Source of the DNA: Spongospora subterranea f. sp. subterranea
Lineage: Eukaryota
Direction of reading: 5' to 3'
NCBI GenBank assembly: GCA_049724395.1
Contig: JAUGWO010000038.1
Location: 124,001 to 188,000 of the forward strand
DNA length: 64,000 nucleotides
Position 1 is the first letter of the stretch, and each line of letters opens with the position of its first letter. The notes under the pieces were generated by a model, which worked only from the letters and a program-made list of their open reading frames with translations, had not been told where the DNA came from and ran no database searches. This document shows, piece after piece, positions 1 through 13,868 of the stretch. The translations under genes and the position numbers were made by a program.

Positions 1-2150
1 CCAAGAGTGATGCCCAGGTATCTCCTGATGAACCTGAGCACGCTGAGCTGTGCCGGATTCTCGTAGCACGATGGGCCCAGCTTGACCATAACATTGAGCA
101 GCAATGTCGAATCCAATGGGACTCGGTTCTCGATCGCCCTGAACGAGGTTCCACTGTGAGAATGCTGGCAAATGGCGAACACATCCCTCTGACGTTTTGA
201 TCGTGTCGACAGCCGACACCAACGACGGGTCCTGGAATGTCGGAACTTCTAGTTCGACACTCAATCGCTCCACGAACACCTCGATCTCTCGATAGAAATC
301 GTATCGCATGCGGTCGTCGAGGAACGCGCCATCCAGTGCCAACAGGTCCGAGTCCTTGGTCGCGTCCCGTTCGTGCAACACTTCCGACCTACACACGGGC
401 GACCTTGACAAACACGTCTGCCAGAATGCAACGCCAATCCGGTTTTACCACACGTTCTCCCTATGGACGATTCTGTTCGCCGCTCTGAGGAAACGGGCGA
501 TCAACACACACTCAATCCGAACGGCCAATTCAGTTCAACCGACCGTTGCTCGGCCGCCGTTGCCAGTTTGCCCAGCAGCGTCCGATCATGCAGCACGTCC
601 TCCCTGGCCAATTTCTGCCGGATCAGCGATTCCTGCAGCGTTCGCTCGAGGCGTTTTCGAAGGGCTATGAACTCCTGGCGCCATCTTTGTGCCTAACGTT
701 ATGGCGATCAACGCCGCCCCAGAAACCGTCCTCATTTCGGGGCGCAACGAACCGGTGATTCGTTCAAGAACGAATGCCGAACGGTTTTGGGCTCACGATC
801 GACCAATGGCGTCCCCGCAATCGGTTCCGCTTTGACCGTGTTTTTGACGATATTGTTGGACGATTCAAAGACAGCGTCGTTCAACGCCGTTCGCGTCCGT
901 CTGGAACAGGAAGGTTCGGCTGCTGGTCGTGGCCGAGATTTTCTGTTTGAGACTGTGGCGCCATGTCAGAGACGTCGCGAGTTCGACCGGGTTGGGCCAA
1001 TCCATTACTTGACTGACTGTTGTTGGTTCTCGAACTTCACCTCTGCAGAGGTTCAGAGAGCAGCGATTGGGGGGATTCGGCGCGTCCTTACTGGTTAGGT
1101 CCATCCTGGGGAACGACTGATTGCCGATATTCTCCTTGGCCGACACGAACATGGTCCCGTTCTGGGAATCGGCGATGGGAACACGCGACTCTCAATATCG
1201 GCGGAGTCCACAGCGACGAACGATCCAGAAGAAATTACCTTCCCCTTCCGATAGCGCATCTCGGCCAGGTGGATCTGATCCCGCGGGAACTGAAATCGAT
1301 CCATGTCCACCTCGCGCTTGACCGGGGTTTGCCACAGGTTCCGCAGTCCCGACGACGACGCGATCGGTTCGCGTTGGCCGGCAGCGGCGGTCGGATCGCC
1401 CGCCGCGACCGCTGGCTTCTGATGAAGAACGTGCGCCTTATTCGTCGCCGACCCCGACACGTTCACACCGATCTCCTGGCGCAGCTCCACTCGTTTCGAT
1501 TTGGCTTCGGCGATTCTGGAGACCGGTTCAGAAACGGTGTTTTCGCGGGAGAACAACATGGTGAAATACCGATGATCGAGGTGAAGATCTGGGATACCGT
1601 GTGGGACGTAGGGGTGGCCATATCGGGACCAAACGCCTCGCGACACCCGATTGTCGCGTATCGCCGCCCTCGTGATGAACGAGAGGGCGGTGCAGTCCAC
1701 GAACGGTGACGACGATGGCGATGGAGTTGGTCCGATACCGATCGGGTTCCGCCCCCCCAAATGTCTCATCGTTCACTGATCGCGCCCCCAGATATTTCCA
1801 TCGTCCATCGTTCCTGATCAGGGAATATCTTGAGAGGATTGGCGTGTTCAGCAGAGTGTGAACGATATTGGATTCAACTGGGTTGCCAATGGTTGATGAC
1901 GAGGGGTTGGGCGATGGCGCCACATTAGAGTGTGTTTCACTCTTGGGGGAATTTAGAGTGTGTGATTTGGGGCGTATTCGATCCGAAATCGCTGATGAAC
2001 ATCGGCCGGTCCAAAAGGGGAATGTGTATTTGGTGCCGAGTGCAGTGCTGTAGCGCCAGATATTGCTCACCGGGGTCTTCCATTGTCGACCAAAAGGTAT
2101 TTTACAGTGATTGCCCCAATCTCATAGTTCAACACGACCTTCAATAGCGG
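1..2150 (-). CDS. Multi-exon hypothetical protein, 3' end runs off the window start
   Basis: Minus-strand open segments (1095-1769 ORF; RKRLERTLQESLIRQKLAREDVLH near 660-520; SEVLHERDATKDSDLLALDGAFLDDRMRYDFYREIEVF near 388-200; LLLNVMVKLGPSCYENPAQLSVLRFIRRYLG near 140-1) separated by GT..AG introns. No family recognised and the start is uncertain. Confidence 0.5.
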
Positions 2151-2716
2151 GTATTGGCCGCATCCTCAACGACCGCCATCGAACGATATGAATCACGACA
2201 ACACGAATCAACAGATGATCCCTTGATATCATATAAATATTCTGATCATTCCCCTTGAAAAGGATTTACAAACACTGACGAAATGATCATCTTTCCATTA
2301 TTGACACTGTCCCACCCCGATCTACGAACGCGGTCGTGGACCGTAATCTGTCGAAAATGGGGCGCCGATCACACAATATCCATCACCGATCGGACTACCC
2401 GAACATGAATAGCTAAACGCGCTGGCGACCGATTCTCGTGGATTACCACAGCGAATCAATAAAAACGGATCCGAGCTGGGGGGGAGGGGGGTCGATCTCG
2501 TCCGCCCCAGAACCAGATGAAATCGCGATCGCGATCTGGGGGCGGGGGAGTTCCTCCTGTGACGCTCCTGGTCCTGTGGTGTTATCGATCATTCCAATAT
2601 CGCCAACAACGTTATTACGATCATGACGGGACTGCCCTAAAAGGGGGAGCGGCGCCGGCGACAACACACACACACCCGATATCACCACACGCCCCCCCTG
2701 GGGCCTCATCTGATCC

Positions 2717-5443
2717 ATGAACATTTTGGACGACGATGGCGATATCGAACACGATCAGGATTCGTTCCCGTCGTACCTGTCGTCGCTCAGCGCCAGCGAT
2801 GTGAAACAGGCTGGGGGGACCTGGAACAAGATCGTGGGGAAGCTGTCGGGCAGCTCGACGCCCCAGCACGGCGGCGGCGGCGGATCCCACGTCCGCCTGT
2901 CCAGCGTCAACCTGGACAAGCCCAAGCTGAACGCGTCGACCGGGAAGTACCTGGCGATCAGCCCGCGCATCGACCGGCCCGACAACCACGACGACCTGAC
3001 CGTGGTCGAGAAGACGTTCTACGAGCGCTGGGGGTACATGATCGCCCTGGCCTGGGATTACCTGCTGGTCCTGCTCATGCTCTACACGTTCCTGGCGTTG
3101 CCCATCATCCTGGCGTTCATCGACGATAGCGAGCCGACCGTCTACACCTACGTCGACTACGCCGTCGACCTGGTCTTCGTCCTCGACCTGTTCGTGCTGA
3201 TGCGCCGACGGCGCATGTCGCGCCCGTTCCTCATGATCTACATCCTCTGTATATTCCCGTTCTACGCTCTGGCCAGCTGGCTTCCCGACGAGGAAACCGC
3301 CTTGGCCGAGTTCATCCACCTGTTCCGCCTCTGCAAGTTCCTGCGCCTGATTCGCGGGTTTCGCCTGTTCCAGGACATCCAGGAGCGTCGTCCAGCGTCG
3401 TATGTTCCGTCCGATTTCCTGTCCCAATCTAGACCGTCTGAACATATCTCCAGCTATCGACGAATCACTCAAATATCGATCATCCGCTGGCGACTATTTC
3501 GTCTGGTCGTGTTTCTGTTGGCGTTCACCCATATGCTAGCGTAGAGTTCCCGTTGGGCCGCGGTTGGCGCCATTGGGTGTTTGATTGTCGTGATGGATCT
3601 CGCAGGCCCGGGTTCATATTCGTGTCGAAGATCGGCGAGCGCAACAGCATCACCCACGTGCGCCCGAGCTGGATCGCCAGCTATCCGTTCGAGCAACGCG
3701 CCGACGATATCCCGCTCAACCTGCACCAGTACTGTGTCGCCGTTTACTGGTTCCTGACGACGTTGACCACGATTGGGTTTGGCGATGTGCGTCCGGTCTG
3801 GATCTGGCGCCGTGCAATCTGACCATGTTCGGCAGATAACGGCCAAGAACCCGTTGGAACAGATCTACACGATCATGATGATGCTTGCGTCGGCGGCCGC
3901 ATTCTCATACGGTTGTTGATCAGCGATTCACGTTCGGTCGTCGAACTCATTGCCGATCTTAGTGACCGCCATATTCAGTTCGATCGTGAACCAGCTGGAC
4001 AGCGAGAAGAAGGTTTATGTCGAGAGGATGGCGTCCCTATCGGCGTTTATCGAGTAATATTCGCCCTTTGCGCCGGCACAGCATTGTCCCTCATTTCCTG
4101 GTGGTTCAGATCATATAAACTACCGCAACAGCTGCGCATCGACATCTTTCGCCATTTCAACAACGTCTGGGGGAACGTCGAAGCGAAAATCGAGGAAAAG
4201 GTAACTGGGGGGGTTCGTCGCCTGGGGTGAAGTTGGGCGATGCAATCTGTGGCGGCGTGTTGATTGGCGAACCCCCAGGATATATTGGGCGAGATGCCGA
4301 CGGCGCTGAGGAATATCGCAACCGGGTTCATATACAAGGACTTCATCGCGCGAACCCCGATCCTGAATGGCAAATCGAAGTCGTTCATATCGTCGCTGAT
4401 GCTCCAGGCGAAAGCGTTCCAGGTCTGGACAACGTTCGCCCATGTTCACCCAAACGTCGTCACGAACCGCGCACGTAGTTTAAAAACGGGGAGTGCATTG
4501 GGCATTTCGGCGATACGGTCAACGAATGGATGATGATCGCCATGGGGAATGTCGCCATGATGATGCCCGATTCCAACTACGAGCTGGTCGTGTACGAGGA
4601 GGGGAGCAGTATCGGCGAGATCGGCATCGTATTCTCAGGTCGCCCCTGACGGGAAACGGCAGTTTTCTGATCGATGGAGCAGGTCGTTTTTTGACACGTG
4701 CTGTCGACAGATGTCTGGATTGCCGATATGAAGGCGCAAGGGCAAGTTAGCGTCTGGTCCGTTCCCAGAGCGGCGGTGATCGACCTGCTCAAGTCCAGCA
4801 ACGATTTCATGAACGAATTCGCTCAGACCGCCAAACAACGGTCGGTGTGTGAAGAGGACGTCGAGTGTGGAAGGGGCTGATGGCGCTGTGTTTGTTTGGC
4901 AGATTCGAATCGTTCAGTGACGCGTTGATCGAGGCCAAGTCTAACGACGAAAAGGCGGCCAAGTTTCTCTCGATCATTGAGGAGAATCATCGGGATAATT
5001 TCGACGAGAACGAGTTCGGGTTTCGGTCGGACAACGCAGCGGCGATCGCCAATCATAATAACTATATGAAGATGACCAGCGAGCTGGGAGAGAAAATCTC
5101 CAAGATCTGCTCCGGTCCTCATTTGGTACGCGATCTCGGTTCGACTGACACAAACGCGACATTTGATAGAGAAAATTCGCAGAGCTCAGGTCGCTGGATT
5201 CAAGGCCCGTTATGCATTGGGAGCTTCTCGAAAGGTGTGACCAAAGACGACGAAAAAGGGTCAGGGAGCGCCGATCTAGAATATCAGGTCTGGGAGGTTA
5301 TGATGGATGTCGACTTTTATTGACATATATATACCGGTTAGATTAAGATGCTGCGGGAGCAGGTAGACGCGATCAGTAAATCAATGGAAAAATTATGTTC
5401 AGCGGTGATAAGAAACGGTCAAATAAATCCCAGCCAAACGTAA
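2717..5443 (+). CDS. Voltage-gated K+ channel with cyclic-nucleotide-binding domain (KCNH/plant Shaker-like), multi-exon
   Basis: S1-S3 hydrophobic helices, S4 RLCKFLRLIRGFRLF, pore YWFLTTLTTIGFGD, S6 EQIYTIMMMLASAAAF, C-linker (LPQQLRIDI; ILGEMPTALR), CNBD (GEIGIVF) and coiled-coil tail ending at TAA 5441-5443. Confidence 0.92.
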
Positions 5444-5972
5444 TAATTAACACAGCGAAACGCTAACGTATCGGTCCCCAAAATTCTGATTCTGTTGAAA
5501 AACGTTCGAAAAGCCAAAGCATCAAACCAAAAGTGAAAGAGATACCAGAGATCTTGTTGGACCTGAGTAAACTCCAATATCAATCCCGATCCGACAAACA
5601 CAACAGAAACCCCCTCACGGATTGTGTGAACGCATTGCGCGAACAAGTTTCGCATCAAAAATGGGAGCGTTGCATTGCAAGGTGCAGACAGATTATAGAA
5701 ATATATGCATGTGAAAACAACTAAAGCTACGTGGTAGTGGTCTGTACTGCTGACGGAGACCTCTTAATCACCTTTGAAATCACGAAAAGTAGTGGGGCTT
5801 TGCAATCTTGCCGCGAATAGTCAAATAACGAGTTCCTGTTAACCAGAAGAAAGTTGGCCAGTACACATGAACCAGACGTCCCTGCCGGGCGGGGTTTGCC
5901 CGACAAGATAGCGATCTGTACCTGTATTTGGCCGGTCACATACTGGTGGCCGCCAAACTCAGGCGCATTGGG

Positions 5973-8384
5973 ATGACACCAACCGCCATTTTACTGACAT
6001 GTTATTAGATTCCTCAATTGACCGCAGATTACAGAACCTTCATGGCGCTACCTTAGTCTCGTTTGCCGACAGTTCCGTACAAGACGAAGGTCAACACAAA
6101 TTTTGACAGGTGGTTGTTTTTCTGAGCTTGCACTGATAGGGTGCCAGAAGATCTGCTCATTTTTAGAGTCGGAATCAAACGTGAATCATCTGGATCTGAA
6201 AGGAAACGATATCGACGGCGCTGGTGCCACTGCTATTGGAAAACTGCTCAAACGAAACAGCAGTATAAAACAGTGAGGAAACAGCACTGATTAGTGTCAG
6301 AACTGATTCAGTATAGGCTTGATTTGCAATGGAATTCAATCGGAAACGACCTGGCAGGGTTTTCCGCACTTCTTGATGGGGCTAGCAATCAACCGAGCAC
6401 TAATATCTGTAAGCTGGAATCCACATCAAATTCAGGCGATTGCCGGGTAATACTCAATGTCAGATCGATTTAAGAAACAATCGAATTACGGGAGCTGGAG
6501 GGAAAAAGATCGCGACAATGCTGGGGAGGAATACTGCACTGAAAACATTGGACCTGAGGTGGAATACGATTGGGAGTGACGGGTGCCATGAAATTCTACA
6601 AGCTATTCAGCAGAATCGGTGTATTACAGAATGCCACCTAACAGGAAATGGCGCCACACAGGAAACCCTGCAGGGAATCGCAGAGAAACTACGAGGCAAT
6701 AGGGAAAACAAGGAGCGCGTATGGCGGCCAACACAAGGCAATGAAACACATTTCCATAAGTCACAACGAGTGCACGGTCTTGATGACAGCTTCCAATTCT
6801 CGCAAAACAAGATAGGTTTGTTGAACAAGGAGATTTGTGAAATTAAACGAGAAAACAATGAACTGAAAGTGCAACTTGAAACAAAATCCTGTACCGAGAA
6901 GGAGCTGCAAACTCTCAGGGTTCAATCAGAGGCATCCGACAGGGATTGGCAAATGAGAAATGACGTCAAATCTGTTGAAATCTCAAATCTAACGCAGAGC
7001 AACTCTGAATTGGTTATGAAAAACCAACAATTGGACGAAGAGCTCAGAACACAACACGAACGAGTATGTTGAGCATTTCGTTATTTGACCGAATTTGACA
7101 CACATATGTACAGATTGAGCGATTACTAGTGGAATCTAATAGGCGACGTCAAGCGGATGCAGATACGCAGGCCGCTTTGCAAGCCGATAATCTGGCGCTA
7201 AGCTCGCAGATCGATTTGGAGCGTTCTGCCGCTGCCGAATACACGAAACGGCTTCAAGCGACTCTTGATAACGAAGTAAAACGGAGAGCAACAGATAATG
7301 AGATTGCGACAAAAATGAATCAGGTATATATTATTGATGAGGCAGTTGAACTGTGTCAGTCTAATCAAAATATAGGATGCTGAAGCTAGGTTCGAGGCAG
7401 AAATGCGGAACCAAAAACAAGAATTTGCTCAAAGACTGCAACAGGCCAATGAAACAATCCAGAAACTGAATGCAGAAACAAATAGACAAAGCGACGAAAT
7501 TGTTATGATCAAAGAGAAGATTATCAAGCAAAATTACGCTGCGGAAGATACGTTAAAGCGACTAGAGGTTCAGCTACGAGAGGAACATCAAAGAGAATTA
7601 GGTTAACATGACGTCATGAGTGTTGCTATCTATCTAAATCGATTCTTGCTAGGGTCGAAAATCGCTTCATATGAAAACAGAATCACACAACTCCAAATGT
7701 CTAGGGATGAGTTACAGACGCGATGCACAGGTTACCAAGCGGAATGCGATAGACTAAAGGATTTGATCAACCAAGATAAAGCAAAAGCGGAAAATGCATT
7801 GCAGTTAGAAAGAGTATCTAGGGAACAGCTTGATGCAGAATATCATCAAGCAAAAATAGACTCGAAACGGAAAGATTCCGAGGTGATGCTACGCTTTGAA
7901 TATGGGTAAAGATTGATTATTAACAGATTGCTAGATTTCAGATATGCAGAATAAAATGGTGAAGCTAAAACAGGAAAGCAAACAAGAAATTTTGCAATTG
8001 GAGTCTCAGATTAGTTCAGAAGAATCTATGCGTCAACGAGAATCCGGAGATCTAATTGATCGAATTGCAGATCAAGAGAATCAGGTCATGAATTTGACAC
8101 TACAATTGAAAAAGCTGCAGGCTACAAACAGACAACTAAAAGATGACCGTAACCGAAGGGAGATGAAAGTGAGGACTGCCATGTCAGGACTACGTCAGGC
8201 ATTAGAGAGCGAGCTGCAAAATTGGGACGACGACGATTTTGAACAACCTGCAAGGATTCATAGACGATCGCGTGCATGCAATCGAAGCAGAATTCTCGGG
8301 AGTACTGAGACAAAGAACGCTATGAAAACCAAGGACGATGCCGACCTTGACAACAATAAACAGTGCAACAGTATGCTGTCGTGA
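5973..8384 (+). CDS. LRRC45: Leucine-rich repeat + coiled-coil protein, LRRC45-like (centriole/basal body); start uncertain
   Basis: RI-like LRRs LDLKGNDIDGAGATAIGKLLKRN, LDLQWNSIG, IDLRNNRIT and LDLRWNTIG appear in the order known from LRRC45, followed by long coiled-coil exons. Confidence 0.8.
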
Positions 8385-8820
8385 GAGTTCATGGAGGGAT
8401 AAAAATAGAAAACTTCGCGACTCCGGCGACCTTCCAACCGCCCCAGTTGTCGTCGCCTTCCACGAATCCGTCTGTGGTTTGATCGTCACGATGACGAGCG
8501 GAATGAGAGTGATTCAATCAATGCAGTGAATGATTTCATGTCACGTGGCACTTGTGTGTGTTTGGGAGAGACTCCATTCCCACGTGTCCCCCTGTGCTAC
8601 ATACTCGCGTTGCGTTTCAACACTGTTCAATCAGTGTGAAACGAACAGCGGTCGAAGAGTGTCGTGCATGCATCCGATGCATTGATTGAGTGGTGTTCGG
8701 CCTCCCAAGGTCCATTGCATGCTTTCAATTAGTGAGCGCGGTGCCCTCGGAGCCCGGATACCTGTGACCGATCAGACCCAATTTTCATCGGTTGCGTCTG
8801 CCCCCCCCCCCCCATTCACC

Positions 8821-11483
8821 ATGGACAACATGATCCCTCTCCTAGATTTCAATGATGAACCGGAACCGGATCCAGTCCAGCCAAGGAAATGGGCGGCCGT
8901 TCAGGATTTGGACCGGTTTTTTCAAAAGATAAGTGGCTAAGGACTGGCGTCTTGTCGGGTTTACTGATGACTGATCGTGCCTCTTTATGCACATCTATGA
9001 ATATTTCGAGCAAAGAGGGTTCTGGCGTATGATCATATCCAGGATTACGAGTTTATTGATCCTTGCGTTTACTGTGGTGTTTTCCACTTTCCTGCTTCTA
9101 TTCGTTAACTGGAATGAGATTTTGAACTGTCATTCGCAGCAAAATTGTTCCCAAATAACGGTCATTCGTAGGCCCGAGTTGAACAGGTACCCTTTTTTGA
9201 ATCCGTTCGTGTTTCATCAATCATGCGTCATTGCAGCCTATCAGTATCAGAAGTTGCTGTTGTCGCCTATTTCATAGTGTTCTCGCTGTATTGGGTCTGG
9301 AATCTATTCGGGTTTCTGCATTGTCTTCGGGACGGAATAGAGATGCGTTCATTCTATCGATCGAAACTTGAAATCAGCGATGTTTGTGGTTGGGTTTTAT
9401 GCTGGAACCTAGAAATAACATTTTCCCCCCTCAGGAGGCATTACAGACTATGGAGTGGCCAGAATTGGTATATCGCATCCAGAGACTTCAAAAAGAGTTT
9501 AAAATTTCGCTCGTCAAAGATCACGACGCGCTAGGTAAATGCCTTACAACTGTCAACGGAATGGTTTTCTTATTTTATGTTTTAGATATTTCCAACCGTA
9601 TCCTCAGGAAAGATAATTACTTCATAGGTATCACCTCTCGTTGCTCAGCGCTTTTTTTTTCAACACTGAAATGGCGCTTGCCCGTCAGCAATGGTAAACA
9701 GTGGCGTGATTGATTTGGGGATCCCATTCTTGTCTTCGAAACTGCATGTTTCTCCGATTCTGGGAAAGTCACTGGAATGGAATATACGATTTTGTGTTCT
9801 GGATTCCATGTTCCATGATGAGCTATTCACTGTCAGAGAAGCGTTTCTTCAGAAGCCGCAGGTTTTAAGGCGCCTGTTTGTATATGTAATATCGTGTCAT
9901 AGCAGCGACAAGTTATCTAATATTCCTTTTCAGATGGCAATAGCAAATTTTTTATTAATGCCGTTCATTTTGCTCTTCATGATCATTTTCTTTTTTCTCA
10001 AAAATGCTGAAGAATTACATAGCAGAAAGTAAGAAATCCTGTAGCCTATATTTTGGTGAGGCTCCAACTGATGCTTGCTTGAAAGGGCGTATCTGGGGCC
10101 TAGACAGTGGTCTCCGCTTGCTGAGTGGACGTTTCGTGAATTTAATGAGATGCCGCACGCTTTTAGAACAAGACTGAACGAGTCTCATTGTGGTTAGCGA
10201 ATTTAGCTTGCTACGTGATTTTTTTCTGACTTTTGCCCGGGTAGATGCCCTGGCATACATCAGTCAGTTCCCGCCGCCAGCGTTTGCCATTTTTGTTAAA
10301 TTCGTCGCGTACGTTTCTGGAGCAATCGTTGGAGTTTTACTACTATTGACGATCAAAGATTCGTCCATATTAGTCGATATTCACGTCTTCGATCATTCGC
10401 TACTGTTCGTTTTTCAAACAATATATTTTTCGGTATCTGGTTCATGTTATCTTGATAGATACTACCTGTTTTCCTGCACCGCTATTCTTGCGCTTTGCCG
10501 CTCTTTAGGCTCCAGCCCATCTTCCAATCAGGATTTCGGCACGCTAATAGCGAACATATATCGACACACGCATTACCAGGTCTGAGAATCTCAACGTTTT
10601 TACATCGATTGTTTTAATCAGCCAATATCGTAGCCTCGATCATGGCGTGAGGAGCCTCAGTCTTCCCGTGTTCGCTCCCACTTCGCAAAACTGTATCCAT
10701 TTAAAGTCGTGTTGTTCCTCCAGGTCACTAGACTCACTGGAGTCGTACAAAATCGTTTTCTAATATGTCGAAATATTGTTCATTACAGGAAGTTCTCTGT
10801 GTCCTAGTGACTCCCTTGGTTTTAGGAATAACTCTGCCCGCAGTCGCCAGTCGCCTCATAGAGTTCATTCGGCAACACACGATAAGGCAAAATGGAGTTG
10901 GGGATATCTGCGTGTTTGCTTCGTACGATTTTAGCATTTACAGGCATAGAAATCATAGGTTTGGTGAAGCAGGTAATGGTTAGTTCAAAAGATGGATGTG
11001 GCCTGATTGACCTGTTCGAACAGACACATGTCGAGAGAAAATGGAAAGATCGCTGTTGTCATTCTCGATGATGCATCCGAGATGGCGACCGAATGAAGAA
11101 GCGACGGCAATTTTGATGGGGTTGTCATCTGAATCTGGATGTGCGGGTCATAGAGACCCATCTGTATCCATTGACGATGATAATGGTGAACTGTCGCGAA
11201 GTACAATGGCGTTGGCGATCGATGTCGCGGATATTGACTTTTCCAGAACAAACGATAGGTAGCGCCTTTGCTGCCGCGATGCCTACCATCAAGGTTGGCA
11301 ACGGGCCAACAACTGAGACATCATTTCGCAAACCCGATGATAATGATGAGAAATCAGAACCCTAGCAAACAGACATTCCCCGATCAATTCATCTTGGAAT
11401 CATTGAACGGTACATTGAGAACAAACACCGGTTTCATACACTATAATTTATTTCAACGGAACTGGTCCGATTCCATGCCCTAG
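8821..11483 (+). CDS. ATG9: Autophagy-related protein 9 (lipid scramblase), multi-exon
   Basis: DLDRFFQK/IYEYFEQRGF, ISNRILRKDNYFI, SLEWNIRFC, WTFREFNEMPH, HTHY, EVLCVLVTPLVL, GVGDICVFASYDF and GKMERSLLSF are characteristic ATG9 motifs. Confidence 0.95.
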
Positions 11484-12272
11484 ATTGATTGTTGACCTTG
11501 GGATGAAATTTGTTAGTTCTGTATAGAGCAGCGTATCAAAAAAGTACCTAACAGCTGTCGAATTTCTGCGAACATTGTAGAAAAGTACAGTATTAAAATG
11601 ACGCGGTGTAAGAAACATCGTGAATCCAGAATTTTCAGAAGCTGCACCCAGCTAATGAGTCGGATTTGCGACCTTTCAAACCATTGTGTTTGAAGTGACC
11701 TGATCAACGACTCAGGGAGACAATCCATCGAGCCACGAAAACATTGCCTCAAACAGCAACAATTGTACTGACCCATTCTCTTTTGTGACCCATTGAATAC
11801 CGAACCAGCGTCAGTTGTCGGTCCACACCTTTGCCAGATGAGACTGGGCATGGTGAACCGGCAAGTAACGCCTTTTGATCGGCCCAATCCGCCTTCTAAT
11901 AATCTTTGTCAGAATTTCTAACTGTGTGCGGCTAACATTGTTCAACTGTTTTACAAAAAGGAGGTTTAATTCGGTTCAGGAGGATCAAAATTTCGCACGA
12001 GGCGCTATGAAAGATGGCTTCAGCTGGCAAATAGATGTTTTGCGGAATGTTTTTCATTCTGTTCTCGTAGCATCTAGATTTGCGATTATCCCTGGTATTG
12101 CAGAAAAAGTCTTTACATCGCCAGCACTTTTTCAGAGAGTGGCGATCCAAAACATCGATAGCGAACATCTTTTTTCGTTCAGACCCAGATTTCATAAAGC
12201 GCGATTTTCGAGCGAGCTCGGACGAAAAACATTACAGGTCAGCGAAATATGAGGCTGATCACGGCCAGGCCG

Positions 12273-13868
12273 ATGGTGGTGGACGGCAAATTGAGTGAGT
12301 GGCGAGTGGTGTAGTCAGCGTGTGTAATGCAGTTTCCCGAGTCCACTTGGCCCCTGTTACTGGTGTAGTGTGTGTAGTCGTGGCGGCCTCTGGCCAGGTT
12401 TCCGTCATTTGTCGCCCCGGGCCGTTCTGAAGTTCCCCGGCGCCATTCTTCGCGGTACGCGTAGGGCGTTTGCTGGTCGCTCTTCGGGACCGGCGACGCG
12501 CAGAAAGCGGGTCATCGCTTCCGTATCGGCAGCGACGCTCTACACGGTTGTTTCAATATCGCTAACGTTGTTAAATAAATCCCTTTTTGCGACGTTTTCG
12601 TTCAACGAGACAAGGTTAGGAAAAAAGTCAATATTACATGATTGTAAATGTATACCAAAATGTGATTTTACAGGTTATTGGGGCTGGGCCAGTTTGTCGC
12701 TGCCCTTGTATTTCTGTTTTGCTTCAATGCGTACGGTTTGATAAGGCTCCCCAAAATAGAACTACAAACAATCGGCAAAATATGGCCTTTGTCTGCTTCC
12801 TATCTTATAATGGTTGTCAGCGGTTTCGGCGCAATGATGGGTCAGTAGTTGACATGACTTCAAGAACATTCTTGACATTGAGCATTTATTGAAGGGACCA
12901 ACTTGATCATGTTCGGAACGCTCAGGAGAACTGGCGTCATTGTTGTTCTACTTCTGGGTAGTTGTCGATCTTGTCAGTTCACTTTCCTTCCTCTCATAAT
13001 CGGAATAGAGTACCTGCTTCTCCAAACCCGTCCATCGCTCGCAATCGTTGCGTCAACCATCATAATGGTTATTGGAGTGCTAACGGCTGGGATGGCCGAC
13101 CTCGATTATGACCCCATCGGATATATATTTGCGTTCTTCGCCAAGTAGGCAGTCTCACAAATGGCCATCGCCGCCTTCTGTTTATTGTTGTTTCACAGTA
13201 TATCCACCGCGACCTATATTGTTCTTATCAAGTACTATAAGGACACGCTCAGGCTGGATGCATTCGGCATGTTGATGTATAATGCAATACTATCGACGCC
13301 GATACTGCTCTTTATATCGTTGTGGAGCGGCGACTTCGTGGCGCTGATGCAATTTAAGAATATTCAGAGCGTGTCGTTCTGGTATGTTTATAAAAATATA
13401 TCGCGATCCCCATTCACAGTTGATAACAGGCTTGTATTTTCTGCATCTTGTTCCATGGGCTTTGTGATTAATTATTCGGTTTTTTTGAACACTAGCGTCA
13501 ACAGTCCTTTAACCCAGACTGTAACAGGCCAAGGTAATACGCTTGTTTCATCGTTGTAAATGATTGTTTCTGATACACTGCTTAGCTGAAGGACGTCTTG
13601 GTTTTGCTGATAGGTGTCGCAATTTTTCAGGATTCTCATTTCTCGTTTTTGAACGCGCTTGGAGTTGTCATCTCGATCATAGGTAGAAATCAACGCCGTT
13701 TCCGTAGTTTTGCTGATCCTAGAGCCAGGGTCTGCGATATATGCAGCCTTCAAGTATCACGAGATGAACATGAAAAAGCAGAGCGAGATTCCGCTCTACT
13801 CGAAAGTAAATCTACGCGAGATTGTGCAAAAAATCGAAACACCTCGATCATTGAAGATCTTTCCGTGA
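12273..13868 (+). CDS. Nucleotide-sugar transporter (SLC35D/TPT family), multi-exon
   Basis: SISLTLLNKSLF, MFGTLRRTGV, YSVFLNTSVNSPLTQTVTGQ, KDVLVLLIG and about 10 TM helices. The first exon MVVDGKL joins through a phase-1 GTGAGT..CAG intron; an in-frame ATG at 12249 is an alternative start. Confidence 0.9.

Noticed and set aside
2621..3472. 283-aa minus-strand ORF
   Set aside because: Antisense shadow of the GC-rich first exon of the K+ channel.
11500..12250. Possible small minus-strand gene between ATG9 and the transporter
   Set aside because: I could not build a consistent exon chain or recognise a motif.
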